Source: Alphaproteobacteria bacterium (lineage in GTDB: Bacteria > Pseudomonadota > Alphaproteobacteria > Bin95). Taken from it: a stretch of DNA of 64,000 bases. Of this stretch, positions 17,275-27,383 are shown piece after piece; within the stretch, counting starts at the first letter, position 1; each line of letters opens with the position of its first letter. The notes under the pieces were generated by a model that worked only from the letters and a program-made list of their open reading frames with translations, was not told the origin of the DNA and searched no databases. Made by a program: the position numbers and the translations under genes. The stretch spans positions 1,344,001-1,408,000 of the forward strand of contig OZ219786.1 in NCBI GenBank assembly GCA_964291285.2. Direction: 5' to 3'.

Positions 17275-18489
17275 ATGACCAGGCCGTTTTCCGGCATCCG
17301 CGTCCTGGACTTCACCCAGGTCTTCGCCGGGCCGTTCGGCAGCTACCAGCTCGCCCTGCTCGGTGCGGATGTCATAAAGATCGAGCGGCCGGGCGGCGAG
17401 GACATGCGCTTCTCCCCGCCTTCGAAGCTGTGGGCGGAGCGCGCGATGGCGCCGATGTGGGCCTCGGCCAACGCCAACAAGCGCAATCTCGCGCTCGACC
17501 TGAAGGACCCGGACGCCGTGGCCGCACTCCGCCACATGGCGAAGGGTGCCGATGTGGTGATGGAGAACTTCCGCCCGGGCGTGATGGACCGGCTCGGCCT
17601 CGGCTACGAGGCGCTCTCGGACATCAACCCGCGGCTCATCTATTGCGCGGTTTCGGGCTTCGGCCAGAACGGGCCCGACCGGGAGACGGCGGCCTATGAC
17701 GGCAGGATCCAGGCGACCTCCGGCATCATGTCCGTCACCGGCCATGCCGAGACCGGGCCCGTCAGGGCGGGCTTCGCGGTCTGCGACGCCATCGGCGGCA
17801 TGACGGCCGCCTTCGCCGTGGCGAGCGCGCTCTTCCAGCGCAGCCATACCGGCAGGGGCCAGATGGTCGATGTGGCGATGCTCGACGCCGCGCTCTCCTT
17901 CATGTCGCCGGCGGTGGTGGAATATCTGGTCGCCGGCCACCTGCAGGGCCAGTACGGCAACCAGGCGGTGAGCCGGAAGCCGACCGCCAACCTGTTCAGG
18001 GCGGGCGACGGCCACCTCCTCCTTGCCGTCAACAACGAGAAACAGTTCCGGGCGCTCTGCGCGGCGCTCGGGCGCGAGGACCTGCTGGAGGACCCGCGTT
18101 TCGCCGACTGGGACGCCCGCACCGCCCATGCCGACGAGTTGCGCGAGATTATCGAGGCGGCCTTTGCGGACGGGGGCGCGGAGGCCTGGGAAGACCGGCT
18201 GGAGGACGCCGGGGCGCCGTCCGCACGCATCCGCAGCATCGCCGAGGCGGTCGGCCACCGTCAGCTCGCCCACCGCGACGTGATCCAGGATGTCGAGGGA
18301 CCCTGGGGGCCGATGCGGCTGGTGGGGTCCGGCTTCAAATTGGCGCACGGCTCCGGCGCCATCGACCGGCCGCCGCCCCTGCCGGGGCAGCACAGCGAGG
18401 AGGTGCTGCGCGAAGCGGGCCTGGACGAGGCCCTGCTCCAGCGCCTGCTCGCCCGGTCCGCAACCGACACAGGCGGAGAGACGCCATGA
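17275..18489 (+). CDS. CaiB/BaiF CoA-transferase family III
   Basis: RVLDFTQVFAGP, LGADVIKIE, ENFRPGVMDRLGLGY, SGFGQNGP. Confidence 0.92.
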   Translation: MTRPFSGIRVLDFTQVFAGPFGSYQLALLGADVIKIERPGGEDMRFSPPSKLWAERAMAPMWASANANKRNLALDLKDPDAVAALRHMAKGADVVMENFRPGVMDRLGLGYEALSDINPRLIYCAVSGFGQNGPDRETAAYDGRIQATSGIMSVTGHAETGPVRAGFAVCDAIGGMTAAFAVASALFQRSHTGRGQMVDVAMLDAALSFMSPAVVEYLVAGHLQGQYGNQAVSRKPTANLFRAGDGHLLLAVNNEKQFRALCAALGREDLLEDPRFADWDARTAHADELREIIEAAFADGGAEAWEDRLEDAGAPSARIRSIAEAVGHRQLAHRDVIQDVEGPWGPMRLVGSGFKLAHGSGAIDRPPPLPGQHSEEVLREAGLDEALLQRLLARSATDTGGETP

Positions 18490-19601
18490 GCAAACGGCGA
18501 CCGCCCTTCCGCGCCGACCATGTCGGCAGCCTGCTGCGTCCGGCAAGCGTCGTCGAGGCGCGCCGCAAGTGCCTCGACGAGAAGACCATGCCGGCCGAGG
18601 AGCTGCGCGCGATCGAGGACGAGGCGATCACGCAAGCCATCCGCATGCAGGAGGATATCGGGTTCGAGGCGGTGACCGACGGCGAGTACCGCCGCCTGTT
18701 CTGGCATTACGACTTCATGGAGATGCTGACCGGGTTCGAGTTCGAGACGCGCGAACTGGGCGTGCAGTTCGCCGGCGTGCGCCTGCCGCCGCTCTACCCG
18801 ACGATTACGGCCCGGCTCGACTTCCCCGACGACCACCCGATGCTCGACCACTTCAAATTCGTGGCCGCCAACACCACGGTGGCGCCGAAGATCTCGATTC
18901 CCGGCCCGAGCTGCTGCCATTTCCGGCTCACGCCGGACGACATTCATGTGCCGGAATACGCGGACACCGACCTCTTGTTCGCGGACATCGCGGCCACCTA
19001 CCGGAAGGCCGTCGGAGCGTTCTATGCCGCCGGCTGCCGCTATATCCAGCTCGACGACATCTTCTTCGCCTATCTCTGCGACCCGAAGCACCGCGCGGAG
19101 AAGCAGCAGCAGGGCTGGGACCCGGACCGGTTGATCGACCGCTATGCCTGGATGATGAACGAGGCGATCAGGGACCGCCCGGACGACATGACGGTCGCGA
19201 TGCATCTCTGCCGCGGCAATTTCCGGTCCGCCCACGCGGCGGAAGGCGCTTACGACCCTGCCGCCGATGCCGTCTTCAACCGGACCGGGGTCGATATCTT
19301 CTTCATGGAATACGACACCGAGCGCGCCGGCGGGCTGGAGCCGCTGGGTCTGCTGGCCAAGGGCCGCCAGCGCGTGCTGCCGGGCTTCATCACCACCAAG
19401 ACGCCCGAGCTCGAGAGCCTCGACGGCCTCAAGCGGAAGTTCGACGAGGCGTCGCGATATGTCGATCTCGACCAGCTCGGCATCGCGCCGCAATGCGGCT
19501 TCGCCTCGACCGAACACGGCAACAGGATCAGCCATGACGACCAGCGGCGGAAGCTCGAACTGGTGGTGACGCTCGCCGAGGAAATCTGGGGAGGGGTGTA
19601 A
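18486..19601 (+). CDS. Cobalamin-independent methionine synthase catalytic-domain (MetE C-terminal-like) protein
   Basis: ADHVGSLLRP, TDGEYRR, Zn ligands HLCRGN, MEYD, APQCGFAS; ATGA overlap with upstream gene. Confidence 0.88.
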   Translation: MSKRRPPFRADHVGSLLRPASVVEARRKCLDEKTMPAEELRAIEDEAITQAIRMQEDIGFEAVTDGEYRRLFWHYDFMEMLTGFEFETRELGVQFAGVRLPPLYPTITARLDFPDDHPMLDHFKFVAANTTVAPKISIPGPSCCHFRLTPDDIHVPEYADTDLLFADIAATYRKAVGAFYAAGCRYIQLDDIFFAYLCDPKHRAEKQQQGWDPDRLIDRYAWMMNEAIRDRPDDMTVAMHLCRGNFRSAHAAEGAYDPAADAVFNRTGVDIFFMEYDTERAGGLEPLGLLAKGRQRVLPGFITTKTPELESLDGLKRKFDEASRYVDLDQLGIAPQCGFASTEHGNRISHDDQRRKLELVVTLAEEIWGGV

Positions 19602-20043
19602 GCCCGCCTGGTACGACATCCGGTCCTGTCGGATCGTGACGAAGGAAGGGCAAGGACCGTCGTCCCGGCCCCCGCCTGTTCTCGCCCCCGGGCGGGGAAT
19701 CCGGTAGCTGGTCGGGCTTGCGGCAATTTGTTCTCAATATTCAGGCAATATTTCTCCATTCGGGGCTTGCGTTTTCAGAAATTGTGGTATGATGGGTGCA
19801 AGGGAGGAGGCATCCGGAGCCGCTTCCCGCCCGCGCCGGCCCGGTGCGGAACGACCCCGATTCAGCCGACAGGCGAGGTGCGCCCTGTGCCTGCCTCGCG
19901 CCCGCGCAATCAGGCGCGCGAACCGCGCCGGCGCCGACACCCGCCCGCGCCGGCACAGGCGCGCGCAGGATACGCGCGGATAAGGGTCGCTCCCCGCCGG
20001 GCCTGCCTGTCGAACGCCAGCGGAACGAAAGGAGCCGCACACC

Positions 20044-21033
20044 ATGCCCGTCATCGACCCCGCCGTCGCGCTTTCCACCCGCCAGGAAGCCTTCTGCCGC
20101 CACTACACAGCGTCCGGCAATGCCGCAGACGCTGCAAGGCAGGCCGGCTATGCCGAGCGCTCCGCAAGGCAGACCGGATGCGCCCTGCTGGAGCGGCCCT
20201 GGATCGTCGAGCGCGTGCGCCGCATCCGCCTGTCGTGGCGGCGCACCGAACGCGACGAGGCCCGCATCCTGCTCGCCCGCTCGGAGCAGGCCTGGGACGC
20301 CGCCGTCGCCAGCGGCTCGGCTTACATGATGCTCCGGGTGCTGCGCTTCCAGGCCGAGATCGCCGGGCTTGTCAGTCCGGCCGGCGCGAACCGGGCCCGC
20401 CTCTGGCCGCTGCCGCACGAGGACGAGTTCGGCGAGATCGAAGCGGGCGAGGCGCATGTGACCGGCACCGAGCCCGGCCCGCTCGCAGACGCCGTGCGCA
20501 GCGGCCATGCCCGGGCCGAACGAGCGCTCGCCCGCCACCGCGAGCGGCGCGAGGCGATGGAGGCGCAGGAGGGCTTCGACGGGGCCGCGCATGAGGAGGC
20601 CGCCCGCAGGCTCGCCGCGGCCGTCGAGGAGCGCTCCCGCCTGCCCGTCGGCTTCGGCCCCCCGCCCGCGCCGGCAAACGACCTGCCGCCGGCCGACGAC
20701 CCGCCCGAGGAAACCTACGAATACTGCCCCTGGGCCGCCGCCGCCGCACCCGGCCACGAGGACAGCACCGACGACGACCGGGCCGACGGCGCCGAACATG
20801 ACTGGCTCTACCAGCGCCGCAACGGCTACGACGACATCTACGACCCCTGGGCCCCGGAGGAGGTCGAGGAGCGCAGGCAGAGCCGCCTCGAACGGGAAGA
20901 GCGGGGCGAAGACGAAGACAACGACTGGAGCGGACCGGCGGCGAGGAGGAAGAAGCAGAAAAAGAAGAAGGGGAAGAAGCGGAGGACCGGCCCGGAGGAC
21001 GCCGGTTCCGCCCCCGACCATGACAAAACATGA
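20044..21033 (+). CDS. Protein with N-terminal phage terminase small-subunit-like HTH and low-complexity acidic/basic tail
   Basis: LSTRQEAFCRHYTASGNAADAARQAGYAERSARQTGCALLERP resembles the TerS N-terminal pattern; GGAG Shine-Dalgarno upstream. Confidence 0.65.
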   Translation: MPVIDPAVALSTRQEAFCRHYTASGNAADAARQAGYAERSARQTGCALLERPWIVERVRRIRLSWRRTERDEARILLARSEQAWDAAVASGSAYMMLRVLRFQAEIAGLVSPAGANRARLWPLPHEDEFGEIEAGEAHVTGTEPGPLADAVRSGHARAERALARHRERREAMEAQEGFDGAAHEEAARRLAAAVEERSRLPVGFGPPPAPANDLPPADDPPEETYEYCPWAAAAAPGHEDSTDDDRADGAEHDWLYQRRNGYDDIYDPWAPEEVEERRQSRLEREERGEDEDNDWSGPAARRKKQKKKKGKKRRTGPEDAGSAPDHDKT

Positions 21034-21078
21034 CATTCCATGACACGGCGCCAGGGAAGCGCTTTCCGAAGCACAGCC

Positions 21079-21204
21079 GTCGCCCCGGCGCGGAGCCGGG
21101 GGCCAGCCCTGACTCTCGCGGCAGCCTCGGCGGTGCCGCCCTCTTTCCACCGGCTGCGGCGGCATCTGGAGTCAGGGATGGGTCCCCGCCTTCGCGAGGA
21201 CGAC
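21079..21204. repeat. Pair of inverted REP-like palindromic elements
   Basis: GTCGCCCCGGCGCGGAGCCGGGGGCCA (21079-21105) and, on the minus strand, GTCGTCCTCGCGAAGGCGGGGACCCA (21204-21179), resembling alphaproteobacterial GTCATCCCCGCGAAGGCGGGGATCCA-type repeats. Confidence 0.55.
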
Positions 21205-21330
21205 GAAAAGGGAGCAAAGGTCCGCGCAGCCGGGTCGTCGGACGCACCGCAGACAAGCCGAAACGGAAGTCGGGCCTCCGGCGAGCTCGGGACAGGCCCC
21301 TTCGTTCCAGACCGGTCGGATTCCGCTCTA

Positions 21331-22182
21331 GGTTCAATCGACATACAGGATTCCCTGGGAAGACATTATGTGATTCATGACGCTCCAACTGATTTTCGGT
21401 TGGAGTTGGGCGTATGGTGAAGCGCTATGAGCTGACGGATGCGCAGTGGGTCCGCATCGAAGGTCTGCTTCTGGGCAAGCCGGGCGATCCGGGGCGTTCG
21501 GGAGCAGACAACCGGTTGTTCGTCAACGCGGTTCTGTGGGTGCTTCGTTCGGGCGCCCACTGGCACGACCTGCCGCCGCGCTATGGGAAGTGGAAGTCGG
21601 TGCACAAGCGTTTCACACGCTGGGCCAAAGTGGGCGTGTGGGAGAGGGTGTTCGATACCCTGACGGCGGATCGCGACAATGGCTATCTCATGCTCGACAG
21701 CACCATCGTGCGCGCGCATCAACAGGCGGCGACCGGAAAAGGGGGGGCCGGGATCAGGCTCTGGGGCGTTCCAGAGGCGGACTGACGACCAAAATACACA
21801 TCGCCTGCGACACTCTCGGACGACCGCTCCGCGTGATCCTCTCGCCCGGACAGGCCGGCGACGCGCCAAAGGCCCTGGCGTTGATGGAGGGGTTTCGGCC
21901 CCGCCATGTGCTCGCCGACGCTGCTTACGACGCCAATGCCATCCGCAACCGCATCGCCGACATCGAGGCCGAGGCCGTCATCCCCTGCAATCCAACGCGA
22001 AAGCGTCTCATCGGCTATGACGCCGAAATCTACAAACACCGAAACCGCATCGAGCGCTACTTCAACAAGATCAAACACTTCCGCCGCATCGCAACCCGAT
22101 ACGACCGAAAAGCAATATACTTCCTCGCCTTCATACACATCGCTTCTGCTATCCTCTGGATGCGATGAATGTCGATTCTGCC
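21331..22182 (+). mobile_element. IS5-family insertion sequence (852 bp, IS427-like two-ORF type)
   Basis: Imperfect terminal IRs GGTTCAATCGACAT / ATGTCGATTCTGCC, CTAG at both junctions (TA duplication). Confidence 0.88.
21414..22168 (+). CDS. IS5-family transposase, -1 frameshift joins orfA (21414-21785) and orfB
   Basis: ELTDAQW, WHDLPPRYGKW, LDSTIVRAHQQA; slippery AAAAGGGGGGG at ~21737-21747; then GRSRGGLTTKIH, ADAAYD, RNRIERYFNKIK. Confidence 0.9.
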
Positions 22183-23252
22183 TAGCGGACGTAGAGGCGG
22201 ACTTCCTCCACATTCAGGTCGTTGTCCGCCCGCGTCGCGATCCTGAGCCTGGATGCCGCGACGCCCATGCGGCGCAGGCTCCGGTGGACCTTGTCGGCAT
22301 AGTCCGCGGCCGCGGCCATGCTGCCGCCGGGCGACACGCCGACGACCTCGAATGTCGTGCCGGGCCGGCGGTCGAGCACCTGCTGGACGGCGGCCGACAG
22401 GGCTTCCTCGAAAGCGACATTCGGATCGTCGAAGCGGACCACCGCCAGCGGCCGCTCCTCCGCGGCCCGCGCGGCGTAGGGACCGCTCGCCACGCCGTCC
22501 TCCAGGCTGCCGGCGTCGATCGCCTCGGCCAGAAGCGCGAGTTCGCGCCGCTCGGCCGTCACCAGCCGGCCCTGCCGCTCCGACGCGGCCGAGACCTCGT
22601 CCAGAAGCCGGGTCACGGTGACCGTCATATGCGCCGTCCTGTCGCCGATGGCGTGCAGCGCCTCGTGGTCTTCCTCCACCGCGCCCGACAGCTCGAAGGC
22701 GTTCAGCACCGAGTCGTTGAGGAATGCGGCCCTGGAATCGGCCTCGGCGGCGCGTGTCCGCAGCACGTCCCAGGCGCCGACATCGCGGTCGAGCGCCGCC
22801 AGCATCGACTGCGCGACATTCCACTCGGCCCTCAGTCTCGGATTGGCGCGGGTCGTGCCGATCTTGAGGCGCGCCTCGATGGCGCCGACGCGCTGATGAT
22901 AGGTCGCGGCGCGCTGGCGGGCGCCGTCCCGGAGGCCCGCATGCGCCTTCTCCAGCCCGTCGATCACCTCGGCGAGCGCATCCGCCTCGCCGGCAAGCTG
23001 GCGGACCTTGCTGACGACGAAGCTCTCCCCGCCCTGTCGCGACGCGGGCGCCGCGGCCGCCTGCCGGGCCACCGGAGCCGGCGCCTCGCGGACGGCGGGT
23101 GCCGCCGGAGCCGGCGCTTCGCGGACGGCGGACGCCGGCGGAGCGGCGACGCGGGTCGAGTCGGGCGGCAGGCCGGCATCCGGGTTAACGCAACCTGCAA
23201 TGCCCAGAAGCCCGCCTAAAAGGAGGGCGCTCGCGCTCGTCCGTTTACGCAT
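22182..23252 (-). CDS. Hypothetical lipoprotein (coiled-coil region plus C-terminal OmpA-like-looking domain)
   Basis: Signal peptide with lipobox IAGC, Pro/Ala linker with repeated AVREAPAP; ends EEVRLYVR. Confidence 0.75.
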   Translation of the reverse strand: MRKRTSASALLLGGLLGIAGCVNPDAGLPPDSTRVAAPPASAVREAPAPAAPAVREAPAPVARQAAAAPASRQGGESFVVSKVRQLAGEADALAEVIDGLEKAHAGLRDGARQRAATYHQRVGAIEARLKIGTTRANPRLRAEWNVAQSMLAALDRDVGAWDVLRTRAAEADSRAAFLNDSVLNAFELSGAVEEDHEALHAIGDRTAHMTVTVTRLLDEVSAASERQGRLVTAERRELALLAEAIDAGSLEDGVASGPYAARAAEERPLAVVRFDDPNVAFEEALSAAVQQVLDRRPGTTFEVVGVSPGGSMAAAADYADKVHRSLRRMGVAASRLRIATRADNDLNVEEVRLYVR

Positions 23253-23408
23253 AATGTTCCGCCTGAAACGCCACCGGTTTTCCGCCCTTTGCCAGACAGT
23301 AGCGTGTTATTGCAGCTTCTGCCAATGACTTATCCAAAGGCGGGGAACGGTTCGCGGCAATGCTTGCGCGGACGCCGGGCCGGGGCTAAATTCGCCCTCT
23401 CGTCAACG

Positions 23409-23485
<77 letters not shown>

Positions 23486-23567
23486 GATTTCCATTTCATG
23501 CGAGGATACCGCCCGCGGCGCGCATGGCGACGGCCGCTCCCGGGGCGGGCGGGCCGAGCGAGGCGGG

Positions 23568-25187
23568 ATGAGCGGAACAGATCTTGATGTCGCGATCGTC
23601 GGCGCGGGGGTCGGCGGCCTTTATGCGATCCACCGGCTGCGGAAGTCCGGGTTCCGGGTGCGCGCCTTCGAGGCTGCGGACGGCATCGGCGGCACCTGGT
23701 ACTGGAACCGCTACCCCGGCTGCCGCTGCGACGTCGAGAGCATGGAATACTCCTATTCGTTCTCGGAAGACCTGCAGCAGGACTGGCGCTGGCCCGAGCG
23801 TTACGGGACCCAGCCGGCGATCCTCTCCTATGTGAACCATGTCGCCGACCGGTTCGACCTCCGCCGGGATGTCGAGCTGAACACGCGCATCCGCTCGGCC
23901 CGTTTCGACAGCGAGGCCGGCCTCTGGACGCTGGAAGCGGAGAACACGGAGACCGGCGCCGTCCGGTCCGTGCAGGCGCCCCACTGCATCATGGCGACGG
24001 GCAACCTCTCGACGCCGCGCACCCCCGGCTATCCGGGGCTGGAGCGCTTCCGGGGCCGCTGGTACCACACCGGCCTCTGGCCGCATGACGGCGTGGACTT
24101 CACCGGGCAGAGGGTCGGCATTATCGGCACGGGTTCGTCCGGTGTGCAGTCGATCCCCCATATCGCGCGCGAGGCGAAGCATCTGCACGTCTTCCAGCGC
24201 ACCGCCAATTTCAGCCTGCCGGCCCGCAACGAGCCGATGCCCGAGGAAAAGGAAAACCGCCACAAGGCCGAATATGCCGAGCGCCGCCGCGCCGCCTATA
24301 CGACGCCCTTCGGCATCGCCGGCTACCCGCCGCCCGGCAGATCGGCGCTCGACGTCCCCGAGGACGAGCGCAACCGCATCTACGAGGCCAAGTGGCAGGA
24401 GGGCGGCAGCATCAGCTTCCTCTATTCCTTCAACGACCTCCTGGTGAACCGGGAAGCGAACGAGACCGCCTGCGAGTTCGTGCGCCAGAAGATCCGCCGG
24501 ACGGTGAAGGACCCGGAGACGGCCGAGCTGCTCTGCCCCAACGACCACCCGATCGGCACCAAGCGGCTGATCCTCGACACGAACTATTACGAGACCTACA
24601 ACCGCGACAACGTGACGCTCGTGGATGTCCGCAGCGCGCCGATTCGGGAAATCCTGCCGGACGGGCTCAGGACGGACGAGGCCAGCTACGAGCTCGACGC
24701 CATCGTCTTCGCCACCGGCTTCGACGCGATGACCGGGGCGATGAAGGAGATCGACATCCGCACCGACCGGGGCGCGGTCATCGGCGAGAAATGGGCGGAC
24801 GGGCCGCAGACCTATCTCGGCATCATGATGGCGGGCTTCCCCAACCTCTTCATGGTCACCGGCCCGCAGAGCCCCGGCGTGAAGAGCCAGATGATCCTGT
24901 CCTGCGAGCAGCATGTGGACTGGATCGCGAACTGCCTGGAGCATCTGCGCGCCGAGGGGCTCGGCCGCATCGAGCCGGAGGAGGCCGCCGAGCGGGCCTG
25001 GGTGCGGCACAATAACGAGGTTGCGGACTCGACGCTCTACCCGCTCGCCAACTCCTGGTATGTCGGCGCCAACATCCCCGGCAAGCCGCGCATCTTCATG
25101 CCCTATGTCGGCGGGGTGGACCGCTACAAGCAGCGTTGCGACAAGGTGGCCGCGAACGGCTATGAGGGCTTCCGGACCGCCGGATAG
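23568..25187 (+). CDS. Type I Baeyer-Villiger monooxygenase
   Basis: IVGAGVGG, GGTWYWNRYPGCRCD, fingerprint FRGRWYHTGLWP, IIGTGSSG, ATGFDA. Confidence 0.94.
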   Translation: MSGTDLDVAIVGAGVGGLYAIHRLRKSGFRVRAFEAADGIGGTWYWNRYPGCRCDVESMEYSYSFSEDLQQDWRWPERYGTQPAILSYVNHVADRFDLRRDVELNTRIRSARFDSEAGLWTLEAENTETGAVRSVQAPHCIMATGNLSTPRTPGYPGLERFRGRWYHTGLWPHDGVDFTGQRVGIIGTGSSGVQSIPHIAREAKHLHVFQRTANFSLPARNEPMPEEKENRHKAEYAERRRAAYTTPFGIAGYPPPGRSALDVPEDERNRIYEAKWQEGGSISFLYSFNDLLVNREANETACEFVRQKIRRTVKDPETAELLCPNDHPIGTKRLILDTNYYETYNRDNVTLVDVRSAPIREILPDGLRTDEASYELDAIVFATGFDAMTGAMKEIDIRTDRGAVIGEKWADGPQTYLGIMMAGFPNLFMVTGPQSPGVKSQMILSCEQHVDWIANCLEHLRAEGLGRIEPEEAAERAWVRHNNEVADSTLYPLANSWYVGANIPGKPRIFMPYVGGVDRYKQRCDKVAANGYEGFRTAG

Positions 25188-25196
25188 GCCGCAGCC

Positions 25197-25561
25197 CTAC
25201 CAGGTCTCGCCGAAGGGGCGCAGCTCGACCCGGAAGGACCAGGCGGAGCGGTCCTGGTGGGCAACGCGGTAGATTTCCTCCGCGATCGCCGGGGGCTTGG
25301 CGAAGAAGTCGTCCGGCCTGCCCGGCGCGCGTCCATCTCCGCCTTCACGCGCGAGACGGTCTCGACCAGGGCGTCGAGGTCGGCGACGTCGCACCCGTAG
25401 GCGCGGCAGTCCCCGTATTTGCCGGCGAGCGCGGCCAGATTGTCCGCATTGCGGGCCAGCATGGCGACCCGGTAGCCGGCCTCGCTGAAGCGCCTCGCGG
25501 TCTCTGCGCCGGTGCCGCCTTCGGGCCCGACGCCGGTGACGAGGCAGACAGGCTTGCTCAA
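25197..25561 (-). pseudogene. Short-chain dehydrogenase with large internal deletion and frameshift
   Basis: N-terminus SKPVCLVTGVGPEGGTG...CDVAD...VKAEM joined out of frame at ~25330 to C-terminus RPDDFFAKPPAIAEEIY...ELRPFGETW; the catalytic middle is missing. Confidence 0.8.
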
Positions 25562-25571
25562 CGCCGCCTCC

Positions 25572-26204
25572 CTAGAGTTGGAAGGCCGGCCGCGCCGATA
25601 CCTTCCGGAACCAGGCGTGGATGGCGGGCCAGGACGCGCCGATATCCATCTCCAGCGCATAGGCCATGCGGAGCGTGAAGAAGCCGGTAATGTCGGCGAC
25701 GGTGAAGTCCGGCCCGGCGACGAATTCGTTCCTCGCCATATGCGGCTCGGCGCGGTCGAAGAGCACGCCGGCCATCTCCCTGCCCCGGCCGACCATGGCC
25801 TCCGACTGCGGGAGGTCCGTGCGGGTGCCCGGCACGACCTTGCCGGCGAAGTTCGGCAGCCGGTTGCGCAGCGCGTGCAGGAGCGGGATGAAGGCGTCCA
25901 GCTCGAAGCGCCGCATCCACATGTCGATAACGGCGCGCTCGGCCGGCGTGCGTCCGAACAGCGGCGGCTCCGGGTGCAGCTCTTCCAGATAGCTGCAGAT
26001 CGACATGGATTCGGCGATCACCGTGCCGTCGTCCAGCGCCAGGAACGGCACGCAGTGGAAGGGGTTCATCGAGGTGAAGGGCTCGGCGAACTGCTCGTCC
26101 TCGCGCACGTTCAACTGCTCGGTCGGCAGCTCCAGCCCCTTCTCGGCCAGATAGACGCGGACGCGCTGGGAGCTGGGCGCCGGCGTGAAATCGTAGAACT
26201 TCAT
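25572..26204 (-). CDS. Glutathione S-transferase family protein
   Basis: APSSQRVRVYLAEKG, NPFHCVPFL, AESMSIC, FVAGPDFTVADI. Confidence 0.92.
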   Translation of the reverse strand: MKFYDFTPAPSSQRVRVYLAEKGLELPTEQLNVREDEQFAEPFTSMNPFHCVPFLALDDGTVIAESMSICSYLEELHPEPPLFGRTPAERAVIDMWMRRFELDAFIPLLHALRNRLPNFAGKVVPGTRTDLPQSEAMVGRGREMAGVLFDRAEPHMARNEFVAGPDFTVADITGFFTLRMAYALEMDIGASWPAIHAWFRKVSARPAFQL

Positions 26205-26287
26205 GGGTCGTTTCCTCTTGCCCCGGCGGCTAAACCATAGACGAGCCGGGTCCCGCCTCCAAACCGCGCCCCGGCTCCGAAGCGCCC

Positions 26288-26395
26288 TCAGGGCTCCCCC
26301 ACCCTGACAGGCGCATCCCCCGCCGCCTCGATGAAGCGCCGGTCGAAAGTCAGCATGGCCTCGCAATCCCCTGCGGCGCCGAGATGCAGCGCAAA
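26288..26395 (-). pseudogene. C-terminal remnant of a PIN-domain (VapC) toxin
   Basis: Manual translation ALHLGAAGDCEAMLTFDRRFIEAAGDAPVRVGEP* resembles the PIN C-terminus (DALHL...TFD); no N-terminal part present. Confidence 0.6.
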
Positions 26396-26405
26396 GGCCC
26401 TGCCG

Positions 26406-27353
26406 TTACTCCGCCGCCAGGTCCTTCTGGTCGTCCGCGTTGTAGTTGGCGTCGTACCACCAGGCGAGGTGGTCCTCGTAGATGACGGGCGGCCAGCGGG
26501 GCGGGTTGTCCGGGCCGGTGCAGGTCGGCGCGCAGCGGATTTCGGCGTCGAGGTTCGGGCCGAAGAAATAGGGGATGGCGTAGCGGTGCCGGTCCTGAGG
26601 CGGCTGGGCGCGGTGCGGGGTGGACTGGTAGCGCCCGTTGGTCCAGCGGTGCAGCATGTCGCCCGTGTTGACGACGAAGCTGTCCTCGACGAACGGCACG
26701 TCCTCCCAGTCTCCGCCCTCCGGCCGGATCTGCAGGCCCGGCACGTCCGACTGCGCGAGGAAGGTGAGGAAGTTGGTGTCGGTGTGCGGCGCGATGCCGT
26801 AAAGGCCCGGCTCGCGCGCGGCGGGCGGGTAGTGCGAGAGCCGGAAGGAGAACTGGCTGCGGGTGAAATGCGGGTCGAACCAGTCCTCCGGCAGGCCGAG
26901 GGAGAGCGAGAGCGCCGGCAGCACGCCGAGCGCCAGCCGGTCGATCGTCCCGCAATAGTCGAGCACCGTCTCGCGGAAGCCCGGCAGGTTCTCCGGCCAG
27001 CGGTTCGGACCGGCGAAGCGCCGCCCGGCGAGCGGGTCGTCGGGCCCGCGCTCGCGCTTGATGAAGAAGGCCTCGTTCATGTCCGGTTTGGCTTCCGCCT
27101 CGCTCACGCGCGAGGTGCGCACATTGTAGCGCGCCATTGCCATGTAGCCGTTATTGTGCTCGTTCATCAGCACGGCGTGCTTGGCTTCGTCCGGCTGGGC
27201 GTGGAAGCGCCGGGCCTCCGCGAACATGGCGGCGATCTTCTCCTGCGGCACGCCGTGGTTCACGACGATGAAGAAGCCCACATGCTCCAGCGTGGCGGCG
27301 AGCGCGTCGGCGACTTCCTCCCGGCTCCGGGACAGGTCGATCAACGGAATCAT
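26406..27353 (-). CDS. 2-oxoglutarate/Fe(II) oxygenase, isopenicillin N synthase family
   Basis: IPLIDL, GFFIVVNHGV, HTD, VNTGDML, STPHR, RYAIPYF. Confidence 0.93.
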   Translation of the reverse strand: MIPLIDLSRSREEVADALAATLEHVGFFIVVNHGVPQEKIAAMFAEARRFHAQPDEAKHAVLMNEHNNGYMAMARYNVRTSRVSEAEAKPDMNEAFFIKRERGPDDPLAGRRFAGPNRWPENLPGFRETVLDYCGTIDRLALGVLPALSLSLGLPEDWFDPHFTRSQFSFRLSHYPPAAREPGLYGIAPHTDTNFLTFLAQSDVPGLQIRPEGGDWEDVPFVEDSFVVNTGDMLHRWTNGRYQSTPHRAQPPQDRHRYAIPYFFGPNLDAEIRCAPTCTGPDNPPRWPPVIYEDHLAWWYDANYNADDQKDLAAE

Positions 27354-27383
27354 GGCGCCGTCTCCCTCCGTTGCTCCCCCAGT

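Noticed and set aside
20044-21033. Prophage
   Set aside because: Only a TerS-like domain; no structural, packaging or lysis genes in the window.
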